The position numbers and the translations under genes are program-made. The notes below the pieces were generated by a model, which worked only from the letters and a program-made list of their open reading frames with translations, ran no database searches and was not told the origin of the DNA. From assembly GCA_963756235.1 (NCBI GenBank), contig CAVWNB010000004.1:1413913-1477912 (forward strand): 64,000 nucleotides of DNA, in the 5' to 3' direction. Positions within the stretch are counted from its first letter, which is position 1. Every line of letters begins with the position of its first letter. Positions 26,764-35,119 of this stretch are shown piece by piece. Source of the stretch: an uncultured Solirubrobacteraceae bacterium (lineage in GTDB: Bacteria; Actinomycetota; Thermoleophilia; Solirubrobacterales; Solirubrobacteraceae).

Positions 26764-27115
26764 GTGATCCTCCTGGTAGAGCGTCTTCTCGCATCGGGCG
26801 AGACGATCGGCTCGGCAGGCCGAAGGGCCTCGGCCGCGCCGTAGCGGATGCGGAGGCGCACATAAGGCCGGGCCGCGGAGCGGTGCCCGATCGCGAAACG
26901 CGGGAAGACGCTCGTACAGCGAGGAGCTGCTTGCGCTCGAACGAGGCCCCGACGGTGACGATCGCACGCCGGAAACGGGCGCCGGATGGGCGAAGCGCAA
27001 GGGCTTCTAGGCGAGTCCGAACGTGGACGCGAGACGGCGGCGGAGCTCAAGGAAGTCGTTGCCACGGGTGGCGAGCCCCCATATCGCGCCAATGTAACAG
27101 CAGCCCGCGTTGGGA

Positions 27116-27637
27116 TCAGTCTGCAAGCCCTAGCGCCTCGCGCATCGACTCTATGACGGCGCGATCCTTGGGGCGACCGGCCGCGGCCTTGGAGTGCAGG
27201 ATGGTCTCAGCCGATGCGACCGGGACGACGATGCCCGTTCCGGGCACGGTCTCCTGCGTGGCGGTGGCGATGATCTCCTCGTAGCCGCTGGTGCCGTCGG
27301 GGATGAGGACAACATCGAAGTCGCCGTGGCGTGTGGTGAACGTGATCGACACCTGATTGCGAAAGGTGCGGGCGTCGATGCCGTCGGGTGGCCGGAAGCC
27401 CTCGGGGTAACGTGCGGGGTCTACGCGAAAGCCGGCGTCGAGTTCTTCTACGGCGGCGGCCAGCCGTGCGAGATTGCCCTCGGAGCGCTCGGGTGTCACG
27501 TCGATGTCGTCGGTTGGTTCCGGCCAGCCGCGTGCCTGGGCGGCGGCGCCGCCGATCACGACATAGAGCACTTGATGGCGCTCAAGGGCCGTGAGGATGG
27601 CTTGGCGGCCGTCGTCTATCGAGTCGCTGTCTGCCAT
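27116..27637 (-). CDS. nucleotidyltransferase (DUF6036/AbiEii-like fold)
   Basis: VVIGGAAA..G...TDDIDV, ILHSKAAAGRPKDR. Confidence 0.8.
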   Translation of the reverse strand: MADSDSIDDGRQAILTALERHQVLYVVIGGAAAQARGWPEPTDDIDVTPERSEGNLARLAAAVEELDAGFRVDPARYPEGFRPPDGIDARTFRNQVSITFTTRHGDFDVVLIPDGTSGYEEIIATATQETVPGTGIVVPVASAETILHSKAAAGRPKDRAVIESMREALGLAD

Positions 27638-28389
27638 GTCTTTGCCGGTGTGGTTTCCGCCTGGCGTTGGCGCATCTCAAGGGTGGCCCATAGCGCTGGG
27701 ACCGAAGCGCGGGCGCCGGCATCGGGGGATGCCTCCGCGATGCGGATGAGGTCGAGCAGCGACGCGACTCTGACAGACGTGCTCGGGGCGATCTGCATGG
27801 TCTCGGCGTCGCGCGCGAGGTCGCGGTAGCCGCGCGTGCCGGGTGGCATCTGCGTGACGTGCAGCTCCCCGCCGGTGGGCAGTGTCCAGCGCTGCGTCTG
27901 CGCTGTCCCTTCGGCGCTCGGCTGGGCGTCGAGTCGCCGGGCGGTCTGCTCGATGCGGCGCAGCGCGGTCTCTGCTGGTACTACGTGCAGCGTTCGAGCG
28001 CCGAGCATGACCGGCGAGCCGTGCAGGGCAGCCGCGACATCGCCGATCACGACGAAACGCGCCTGTCCGGCCAGCTCGGCGAGGGCGCCGATCGGGTCAA
28101 AGCCCTCGGTGGCCCATGCCGGCGTCAGGCGCTCTACGCGCTCTGCCGGGTCGAGCCGCAGCTGCCGCGCGATCTGCGCGTCGTAGGAGTCGTCGTAGCG
28201 CGCGATGCCGACGGTGAGCTCTAGGCCGCAGGCCCGTAGCGCTTCGATGACGCTCTCAAGCGGCGGGTGCTGCTGGCCGGTCTCCCAGCGGGCGATAGTT
28301 GACTGCGGGCGCCCCAGGCGCCCGGCGAGCTCGTCCTGAGAGAGCCCTGCGCGCCTGCGCCCGGTCACGAGTAGATCAGAACTACGCAT
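27616..28389 (-). CDS. XRE HTH fused to a degenerate nucleotidyltransferase domain
   Basis: RRRAGLSQDELA...QSTIARWETG; FVVIGDVAAALHG without DxD; VRVASLLDLIR. Confidence 0.8.
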   Translation of the reverse strand: MRSSDLLVTGRRRAGLSQDELAGRLGRPQSTIARWETGQQHPPLESVIEALRACGLELTVGIARYDDSYDAQIARQLRLDPAERVERLTPAWATEGFDPIGALAELAGQARFVVIGDVAAALHGSPVMLGARTLHVVPAETALRRIEQTARRLDAQPSAEGTAQTQRWTLPTGGELHVTQMPPGTRGYRDLARDAETMQIAPSTSVRVASLLDLIRIAEASPDAGARASVPALWATLEMRQRQAETTPAKTWQTATR

Positions 28390-28463
28390 AGCAAGATTAT
28401 AGCGGAAGTAGCATAAAGTGACGTGTGGCCCGGCGAGCCCTGTGCCCGCCGGGCCGTGGTGTC

Positions 28464-29438
28464 TCAGGCAGCCGCGACCAGCTCCAAGGCGCGGGTCTTC
28501 TCGGCCCCGTCATCGAGCGCGCGGGCGAAGCGCTGACCGCTTGAGCGCAGCGGGCGAATCCAGTCGCCGTACTCCACGATCGCGTTCACCGCCGCCCACT
28601 TGGAGCCGGGCGCGTTGCCCTGCGTGTCGCCGCGCAGGAACAGCTCCGAGATGCGGTCCTTGGTCTGCTGGCGTGAGCTACGCGCACGGCTGCTCATCGA
28701 GTCGTCGGTCCCGTTCGGGTAGAGCTCATTGAGGACCGCGCGCAGCTGGCGCTCGGTGCAGTGTTCGGAGGCGAGCTCGTCCCCGAAGCGCTTGAACTGC
28801 TCGTAGTAGTTGATCGAGAGGTCCAGCACCCGCCGCGCCTCGTGGACGCGCTGTGTGACGGCTTCGGTGTGGCGGATCGAGAACTTCTGCCGCGCCTTGC
28901 GAAGCCCCCAATTGAGCGTGTTCTGACAGACGACGCGGACAGGGGTCGTGGCGGCGATGACCGCCGTCGAGCCATCGTGGCTGTTCATCAGCAGCACGTA
29001 GGGCCGCACCGGGTCGCCGCCGACCTCGACGTGCTCGGGCAGCGTGGCGAGAACCCATACGCGGCGCCCGCCGTGCAGGCTGCCGGCCGTCTCGAAGTTG
29101 ATCGAGCTGCCGAGCAGCTGGTCGATGAAGGCGAACGCTTCGTGATTCTGCACGAGGCGGTAGCGCTCACCGACGATCCCCAGCACTTCACGGGTGTCCT
29201 GGCGGACGGTCGCGTAGTAGCCGGGAATCTCCTCGCAACGCGGAATCCACCAATCGGCGTCCGGCATTTCGCCGCGGTCGATCGCGATGGGCTCCTTGGC
29301 GACGGTCCAGCCGAGCCCCGACGCCTCGATCGCCTCGCCGACGGTCGCCGGCGGTCGGTCGAGTACGGCTCCGAGCCCGTGCCAGGGTGTCTCACGCACG
29401 GAGAACATCGAGTCTGAGTCTGTGAGTCCAGCGGACAT
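28464..29438 (-). CDS. DUF932 domain (phage/plasmid-like) protein
   Basis: ETPWHGLG, VQNHEAF, FETAGSLHGGRRVW, NSHDGS, TPVRVVCQNTL, IRHT. Confidence 0.9.
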   Translation of the reverse strand: MSAGLTDSDSMFSVRETPWHGLGAVLDRPPATVGEAIEASGLGWTVAKEPIAIDRGEMPDADWWIPRCEEIPGYYATVRQDTREVLGIVGERYRLVQNHEAFAFIDQLLGSSINFETAGSLHGGRRVWVLATLPEHVEVGGDPVRPYVLLMNSHDGSTAVIAATTPVRVVCQNTLNWGLRKARQKFSIRHTEAVTQRVHEARRVLDLSINYYEQFKRFGDELASEHCTERQLRAVLNELYPNGTDDSMSSRARSSRQQTKDRISELFLRGDTQGNAPGSKWAAVNAIVEYGDWIRPLRSSGQRFARALDDGAEKTRALELVAAA

Positions 29439-29460
29439 ACTGCCGCCCTCCTTTTTGGAT

Positions 29461-29553
29461 GGGTGGTCCCGCCCGGTGCGGGGCCTGTCGCAGCCCTGGC
29501 CGCATCCCCGGAGGGGATGCAACACTGGCCGGGCAAGCGGGCTCCCGCACCGG
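29461..29553. repeat. family B hairpin element
   Basis: cccgcccggtgcggg ... gcatcccc-gga-ggggatgc ... ctcccgcaccgg; close paralog of the 29970 copy. Confidence 0.65.
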
Positions 29554-29572
29554 AGGACCAACGTGCTCCCGA

Positions 29573-29950
29573 TCACAGCTGCCCGACTACGGGCTCGCTG
29601 CTTCCGTCGAGCCGGCTCCACGAGAACGGACCGCGTAGGTTCGGTGGCATCTGCTCGTGCGAGTCGATGCCGTTCACCCACTCCTCCTCGTCGTTCTTCC
29701 AGTAGAAGAAGGCGATCTCGTCGGTCTTGCGGTCGCGCTCCTCGCGAGTCGCGAACTTCTCGATGTCGATGTCGCCTTCCACGTCCACCGCGAGCTCCGT
29801 CTCGCCGCGGTGATAGACGACGACATACGGCCAGCTGCCGAGGTCCCAGCCGTTGAGTCCCCAATTCGCGATTGCGTCCCAGCCGATACGGCTTGCGAAC
29901 TCCCTCCGGTCATAGCCTTCGTCTCCGGGCCAGCGGGTGCGCGTAGGCAT
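29573..29950 (-). CDS. hypothetical Trp-rich protein
   Basis: AAGGAGG RBS; GWDLGSWPYVV, EGDI. Confidence 0.7.
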   Translation of the reverse strand: MPTRTRWPGDEGYDRREFASRIGWDAIANWGLNGWDLGSWPYVVVYHRGETELAVDVEGDIDIEKFATREERDRKTDEIAFFYWKNDEEEWVNGIDSHEQMPPNLRGPFSWSRLDGSSEPVVGQL

Positions 29951-29969
29951 GGCGCCCTCCTTTGGATAC

Positions 29970-30065
29970 GGGTGGCCCCGCCCGATGCGGGGCCGGTGGC
30001 AGCCCCGGCCGCATCCCCGAAGGGATGCGAAAATGGACGGGCAAGCCGGCTCCCGCACATCGGGA
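29970..30065. repeat. family B hairpin element
   Basis: ccccgcccgatgcgggg ... cgcatccc-cgaa-gggatgcg-aaaat ... ctcccgcacatcggg. Confidence 0.65.
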
Positions 30066-30072
30066 CGTGCCG

Positions 30073-31749
30073 CTACGCGGTGAGCTGCGCTCCGGTCTCT
30101 GCGGCGAGCCGCTGAACCTCGGCCAGCCACTTCGCGGGTATCTCCTCCTCCAAGCGCTCAAGGAACGTCGCCGTCGCATCGCTGGAGACAAGACGCAGCG
30201 GTACGACGTTCTCGGGCAGGCTGTCGGGATCGAGCGCCCGCGTGATCTGATTCGCGAGCTCCGGCCGGGGCGCGTAGGCCATGTACTGTTCGGTCGTGTT
30301 CATGCGCTTGTGCCGCATGAGCGCCTGAATCGTCCTCACATCTACGCCCTTGGCGGCCAGGCTCGTGCCGAACGAGTGGCGCAGGTTATACATCTTGATC
30401 GGCTTCAATTCGGCCGTCTGGAGCGCGAGCTTGAACGCTTCGCGCAGCGGGCGCTCTGGCACGGGCCGCTCCGGTTCGAGCTCGCAGGCGAACACGAAGT
30501 CCTCATCGCTGGTCGCATAGCCGCGCTGCTTGAGCTTCGCCAGAGCGCGAGCCAACCGAGGCGTCATGGGGATGGCCTCCGAGTCGCCAGTCTTGGTCGT
30601 GTCGAGCTGGCCCAGCACCCAATTGTCGTAGGGGCGAATCACGCCTGCCTGGAAGTCAACGGCTCCCCACTTCATGCCAAGGGCCTCGCCGGGCAGACGT
30701 AGACCCGCGTGGGCACCGCAGAGCCAGAACGCTTCCTCCAGAACACCAGGCGCGTGTCCGAGGAGGCGGGCAACCTCGTCGGTGTCGTAGAAGTCCTCGC
30801 GGCGCAAGATGCGTTCGCGCTCCTCGCGCTTGTTCGCGCGCTTGACCTCGGCCAGCGGGTTCACGTCGAGCCAGCGCTTGCGCACGGCGTAGTCGAAGGC
30901 GGCAGAGAGGACATCGCGGTACTCGTTGCGAGTCTGCGCGGCGGCGGGCGCCACGAGCATCCACACCTTCGTCTTGCGTCGGGCGATGATGAATCCCTCG
31001 GATTCGAGGGCCTTCGCCTTCGCGAACGTGACGCACTTGGGGCGCTGGGCGTTCAGCGGCACGACGCGGTAGGCGCCGCGGCGCCGGTGCTTCCAGGTGC
31101 CCGGCATTTCGTCCGCGAGCTGCACGGCCTCGGCCTTGGTGGCGACCTCGACCGCCTGGCTGCCGGGCGGCTGCGCCGTCCAGCGTTGGACCTCGATTCG
31201 GCGAACCTCCTTGCCTTCGGCGCGGGCCTTCTTCGCCGCCTTCTCGCCGCGCACCTTGTAGGACTTGAAATCAGCGAAGTACGCACGCAGACGCCCGTCG
31301 GCAAAGTCGCGCAGCGGAGTGTCGGCGCCGAGATCGCGGTACATGCGCTCGGTCATGGCGTTGTAGCCGGCGAGCGTTGAGCGCTTGAGGCCCTTCTCGT
31401 GTTCGCGCTCAGCGATCGAGCCGTAGAGGGCGTCCGCGAGCGTCGCCTGCTGCTCGTCGGGCTCGGGGAGCTCGACTACGGTCTCCAGCTCGCGCAGGAT
31501 CGCGTCCAGTTGCTCGTCGGCGTCCTTTGGCGTCAGGTGCTCGGGCGTCGGGCGGGGTCCGTTGCCTGCCCGCCAGATGATCGCGCCGCGCGACGAGAGC
31601 CGACCTGAGTCGCGGACGTGCGCCGGGCCGAGCCGGCGTCCGCCGCGTTCGCCATCCTGGTCGTACCAGAAGGCCCAATAAGACCGTCCGCTACCCCTCT
31701 TGTCGGGGCGGACCTGTAGATGCCCCGTGGGGCGAGATTTGCCGCTCAT
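30073..31749 (-). CDS. tyrosine recombinase/integrase 1
   Basis: GLRLPGE (R), TTKT (K), YNLRHSFGT, LMRH, TTEQY (Y); adjacent to att at 31912. Confidence 0.92.
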   Translation of the reverse strand: MSGKSRPTGHLQVRPDKRGSGRSYWAFWYDQDGERGGRRLGPAHVRDSGRLSSRGAIIWRAGNGPRPTPEHLTPKDADEQLDAILRELETVVELPEPDEQQATLADALYGSIAEREHEKGLKRSTLAGYNAMTERMYRDLGADTPLRDFADGRLRAYFADFKSYKVRGEKAAKKARAEGKEVRRIEVQRWTAQPPGSQAVEVATKAEAVQLADEMPGTWKHRRRGAYRVVPLNAQRPKCVTFAKAKALESEGFIIARRKTKVWMLVAPAAAQTRNEYRDVLSAAFDYAVRKRWLDVNPLAEVKRANKREERERILRREDFYDTDEVARLLGHAPGVLEEAFWLCGAHAGLRLPGEALGMKWGAVDFQAGVIRPYDNWVLGQLDTTKTGDSEAIPMTPRLARALAKLKQRGYATSDEDFVFACELEPERPVPERPLREAFKLALQTAELKPIKMYNLRHSFGTSLAAKGVDVRTIQALMRHKRMNTTEQYMAYAPRPELANQITRALDPDSLPENVVPLRLVSSDATATFLERLEEEIPAKWLAEVQRLAAETGAQLTA

Positions 31750-31911
31750 GTTGCTGTAGACCTCCATCGACTCGAACCGGCCAAGGAGGTTCGAGTCGAG
31801 AGGCAGATTTCTCTAGGATTTCTAGAGAGGGCCGCGCCCAGGCTGAAATAGGGCCTGTATCTACGGCGAAAACCCGCTAACTAGAGCCAAATCGAGGGCG
31901 AGACTTGCGAA

Positions 31912-31952
31912 TCATAATCCGCGTGTCGGGGGTTCGAGTCCCTCCTCCGGCA
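31912..31952 (+). repeat. att site 1: 3' half of a tRNA(CAT)
   Basis: tcataatccgcgtgtcgggggttcgagtccctcctccggca, with no tRNA 5' half upstream. Confidence 0.9.
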
Positions 31953-32174
31953 TCCCGCAAAGCCTGTGTTCAAGCCATTTTCGCGTGTGCGGCGGCTAGG
32001 TGTGGATTTCCCTGTGATTTCCCTGGAGGGCCGCGCTGGGGGCGTGGTGGCCGCAAAGGCGGCCCTGCAGATCGAGCCGGGAGGGCGCGGTATCGGCGCG
32101 TCGATCGTGCCTTCCCGTTTCCTTGAGCTAAACAACAGGAATGTTGTAAGATCGCTCATGCAACAAGGATCTAC

Positions 32175-33005
32175 ATGGCCACTCCCGCTATCCCCCTGTC
32201 CGAGCGGCCGCTGAGCGAGCGGGCGTTCGTCGCGCTGAGTCGTAGAGCTATGGACGCCCGGCGCCACCCGGTCGTTCGCCTGGACGAGGACATCAAGGCG
32301 CTGGACGCAACCACGGGCTCTCGGCGGCGCAGCCAGGATGCGCTGCGTCAGCTCAGCCATGACGGCCGCCTGCGGCGTGTGCGGCGAGGCGTCTATCTCC
32401 TGGTGGCACCGACGGGATCGACCGACGTTCGTCTGCTGGATCTCATCGACGCGGTTACGCCGAAGCCATATCTCATCACTGCGGGTCGAGCGCTGACGGA
32501 GTTCAACCTCAGCGACCAGCACTTCTTTCGGGTGATCATCCTGACCTCCCACCGCCTGAACGACTGGAGCTGGCAGGGCGATCAGGTCCGCTACGCGGTA
32601 CTGGCCCCGGAGCGGATGTGGGGCCTATACACACCGAATGGTCCCTCGATTGCCTCGCCCGAGAGGGCGATCCTCGACTGCCTGGCAAACCCACGCTGGG
32701 GAGTGAGCGTGGCGCAGACGGCAGAGGCGGTCGATCGCGCCGTGCCCGGCCGCACGAGCGCCGAGCGCCTTGCTCAGGCGGCGGAACGTTATGGGAGCGC
32801 CGCGGTGGCGCGGCGACTCGGCTATCTGCTCGAGCTTCTGCATGGCCCGGTCGCCGCTGAGCCGTTGTTGGCGCTGCGAGGGCGCAGCCATGCCCACGTT
32901 CTGCTCTCGGCCTCCGCGCCGGATCGCGGGCCGAGCAGTCCACGATGGGGTCTGCGGATCAACGTCGATCCCGATGCCTTGCTCGCGCACAGGCTGGTCG
33001 GATGA
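32175..33005 (+). CDS. type IV TA antitoxin, AbiEi family
   Basis: LRRVRRGVYL, ASPERAILDCL..P..G, ARRLGYLLE, WGLRIN. Confidence 0.85.
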   Translation: MATPAIPLSERPLSERAFVALSRRAMDARRHPVVRLDEDIKALDATTGSRRRSQDALRQLSHDGRLRRVRRGVYLLVAPTGSTDVRLLDLIDAVTPKPYLITAGRALTEFNLSDQHFFRVIILTSHRLNDWSWQGDQVRYAVLAPERMWGLYTPNGPSIASPERAILDCLANPRWGVSVAQTAEAVDRAVPGRTSAERLAQAAERYGSAAVARRLGYLLELLHGPVAAEPLLALRGRSHAHVLLSASAPDRGPSSPRWGLRINVDPDALLAHRLVG

Positions 33006-33799
33006 CACTTCCTCGCCGCCTCATCCACAACGAGTACGACCTGCAGGAGCTCGCTGAACAACTGGACAGGCCGATCGAGCTGATCGAGCGCGACTTCGCG
33101 CTGGTGACCGTCGCTGCGCATCTCGCCGATCAATTCCCCGGCCAGCTCTGCTTCAAGGGCGGTTTCGTGCTGCGCCACGTCCGCGGGTCCAGCCGCTTCT
33201 CAGCCGACCTCGACGCCACCCGCACCAACCCTCCGAAGCACAAGCTCGCCGCCGCCGACATAGCCGACACGATGAGGCGCGCGACCGACGAGCCCATGCT
33301 GCGCATCGAGCCGGGCGTGCCCGCCACCGACTCCCAGCACAGTCTCGACTTCGACCAGATCGCCTTTCACACGCCGCATCACAACGGGCAGATCGCTGTC
33401 GAGATCAGCTACCGGGAGGCGGTGGCCGACGAGCCCGAATGGGCGGCCATCGGACCGCCCTACTACGAGCAGTTCCATATCCCCGTTCTGACCCTTGCCG
33501 AGACCGTGGCCGAGAAGCTGCGAACGTTGCTCCAGCGACAGCGACCGACCGACCTCTCCGACCTCGCGTTGATCCTCGGCCAGCACGACGATCAACTGAA
33601 CCGCGCCCACGTCCGTCAACTCGCACGCGCGAAGTTCGAGCTGGTCAAGCAGGGCGACCGGCGAGCGCGAATCGAAGCGAACGTGGAGCAGTTGCGCGGG
33701 GCCTATGAGCAGACTGTTCCCGGACTCGCGCCGGACGCGCCATCCTTTGCAGAAGCGCAAGGGTTGGTGCTCGATGCCCTCTCAACCCTGTTGCCGTGA
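33002..33799 (+). CDS. type IV TA toxin, AbiEii nucleotidyltransferase
   Basis: IERDF, LCFKGG, RFSADLD, AEKLRTLLQRQRPTDLSDL. Confidence 0.9.
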   Translation: MTLPRRLIHNEYDLQELAEQLDRPIELIERDFALVTVAAHLADQFPGQLCFKGGFVLRHVRGSSRFSADLDATRTNPPKHKLAAADIADTMRRATDEPMLRIEPGVPATDSQHSLDFDQIAFHTPHHNGQIAVEISYREAVADEPEWAAIGPPYYEQFHIPVLTLAETVAEKLRTLLQRQRPTDLSDLALILGQHDDQLNRAHVRQLARAKFELVKQGDRRARIEANVEQLRGAYEQTVPGLAPDAPSFAEAQGLVLDALSTLLP

Positions 33800-33812
33800 A
33801 ACGGAACCGTCC

Positions 33813-34124
33813 ATGCTCGAAGTCAACTTCACAACCTTCGAGCTCGACCCACGCACCAACGAGTGGATCGAGCGACCTGTCGCGCAGCTCCTTGCCGACC
33901 GCGAGCGCGTGACGATCAGCGGGCCGCACGCCGACTGGATCAACCCTGACCTCGCGATCATCGACCCCGAGACCACCGAGCGAGTCACGCGGATTGACGG
34001 CGCTGAGCGCTGGGCACGGCTGCTGCCCTTCGCCTACCGCAACGGCGACCTCAACATCGAGGTCGCCGAGGTCGCCGGAGTTGAGACGACAGGTGCCGCC
34101 TTTCACTACTTCTCCGCCGCCTGA
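33813..34124 (+). CDS. small hypothetical protein
   Basis: MLEVNFTTF... directly after the AbiEii gene. Confidence 0.55.
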   Translation: MLEVNFTTFELDPRTNEWIERPVAQLLADRERVTISGPHADWINPDLAIIDPETTERVTRIDGAERWARLLPFAYRNGDLNIEVAEVAGVETTGAAFHYFSAA

Positions 34125-34139
34125 CATCATGCCGCGCAC

Positions 34140-34196
34140 GGCCACGGTAGCGAGAATGGCCTGGCGTCCTTCGTCTATCGAGTCGCCGTCTGCCAT
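34140..34196 (-). pseudogene. truncated copy of the nucleotidyltransferase gene
   Basis: MADGDSIDEGRQAILAT matches MADSDSIDDGRQAILT of 27116..27637, then homology stops. Confidence 0.7.
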
Positions 34197-34948
34197 GTCT
34201 TTGCCGGTGTGGTTTCCGCCTGGCGTTGGCGCATCTCAAGGGTGGCCCATAGAACCGGGACCGATGCGCGGGCGCCGGCATCCGGGGATGCCTCGGCGAT
34301 GCGGATGAGGTCGAGCAGCGACGCGACTCTGACAGACGTGCTCGGGGCAATCTGCATGATCTCTGCGTCGCGCACGAGGTCGCGGTAGCCGCGCGTGCCG
34401 GGCGGCAGCGGCGTGACGTGCAGCTCCCCGCCGGTGGGCAGTGTCCAGCGCTGCGTCTGCACTGTCCCTTCGGCGCTCGGCTTGGCATCGAGTCGCCGGG
34501 CGGTCTGCTCGATGCGGCGCAGCGCGGTCTCTGCCGGTACTACGTGCAGCGTTCGAGCGCCGAGCATGACCGGCGAGCCGTGCAGGGCACCAGCGACATC
34601 GCCGATCACGACGAAACGCGCCTGTCCGGCCAGCTCGGCGAGGGCGCCGATCGGGTCAAAGCCCTCGGTGGCCCATGCCGGCGTCAGGCGCTCTACGCGC
34701 TCTGCGGGGTCGAGCCGCAGCCGCCGCGCGATCTGCGCGTCGTAGGAGTCGTCGTAGCGCGCGATGCCGACGGTGAGCTCTAGGCCGCAGGCCCGTAGCG
34801 CTTCGATGACGCTCTCAAGCGGCGGGTGCTGCTGGCCGGTCTCCCAGCGGGCGATAGTTGACTGCGGGCGCCCCAGGCGCCCGGCGAGCTCGTCCTGAGA
34901 GAGCCCTGCACGCCTGCGCCCGGTCACGATTAGATCAGAACTACGCAT
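34175..34948 (-). CDS. second copy of the XRE-pseudo-NTase fusion
   Basis: Near identical to 27616..28389, including the upstream gattatagcggaag.agcataaagt. Confidence 0.85.
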   Translation of the reverse strand: MRSSDLIVTGRRRAGLSQDELAGRLGRPQSTIARWETGQQHPPLESVIEALRACGLELTVGIARYDDSYDAQIARRLRLDPAERVERLTPAWATEGFDPIGALAELAGQARFVVIGDVAGALHGSPVMLGARTLHVVPAETALRRIEQTARRLDAKPSAEGTVQTQRWTLPTGGELHVTPLPPGTRGYRDLVRDAEIMQIAPSTSVRVASLLDLIRIAEASPDAGARASVPVLWATLEMRQRQAETTPAKTWQTATR

Positions 34949-35119
34949 ACCAGGATTATAGCGGAAGCAGCATAAAGTAGTAAGACGCCTGGTGACCTCG
35001 GGAAACGGCGGCATAGGAGACAAGGTCGTGGCGGATCGTGGCACCCAAACCGGCCTCCAGGATGGTTTCCACGACGCGCTGCCACACGCGAAGATGCTCC
35101 CGGCGCGGTGAGGCATCTC

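Larger units (their letters stand above)
1..31952. mobile_element. integrative mobilizable/conjugative element at a tRNA(CAT); left boundary not seen
   Basis: Integrase, att site, relaxase, excisionase and ParB are present; the intact target tRNA is not in the window. Confidence 0.7.

Noticed and set aside
31880-31952. att sites as complete tRNA genes
   Set aside because: Only the anticodon loop to acceptor end is present; there is no D-arm or 5' acceptor strand.
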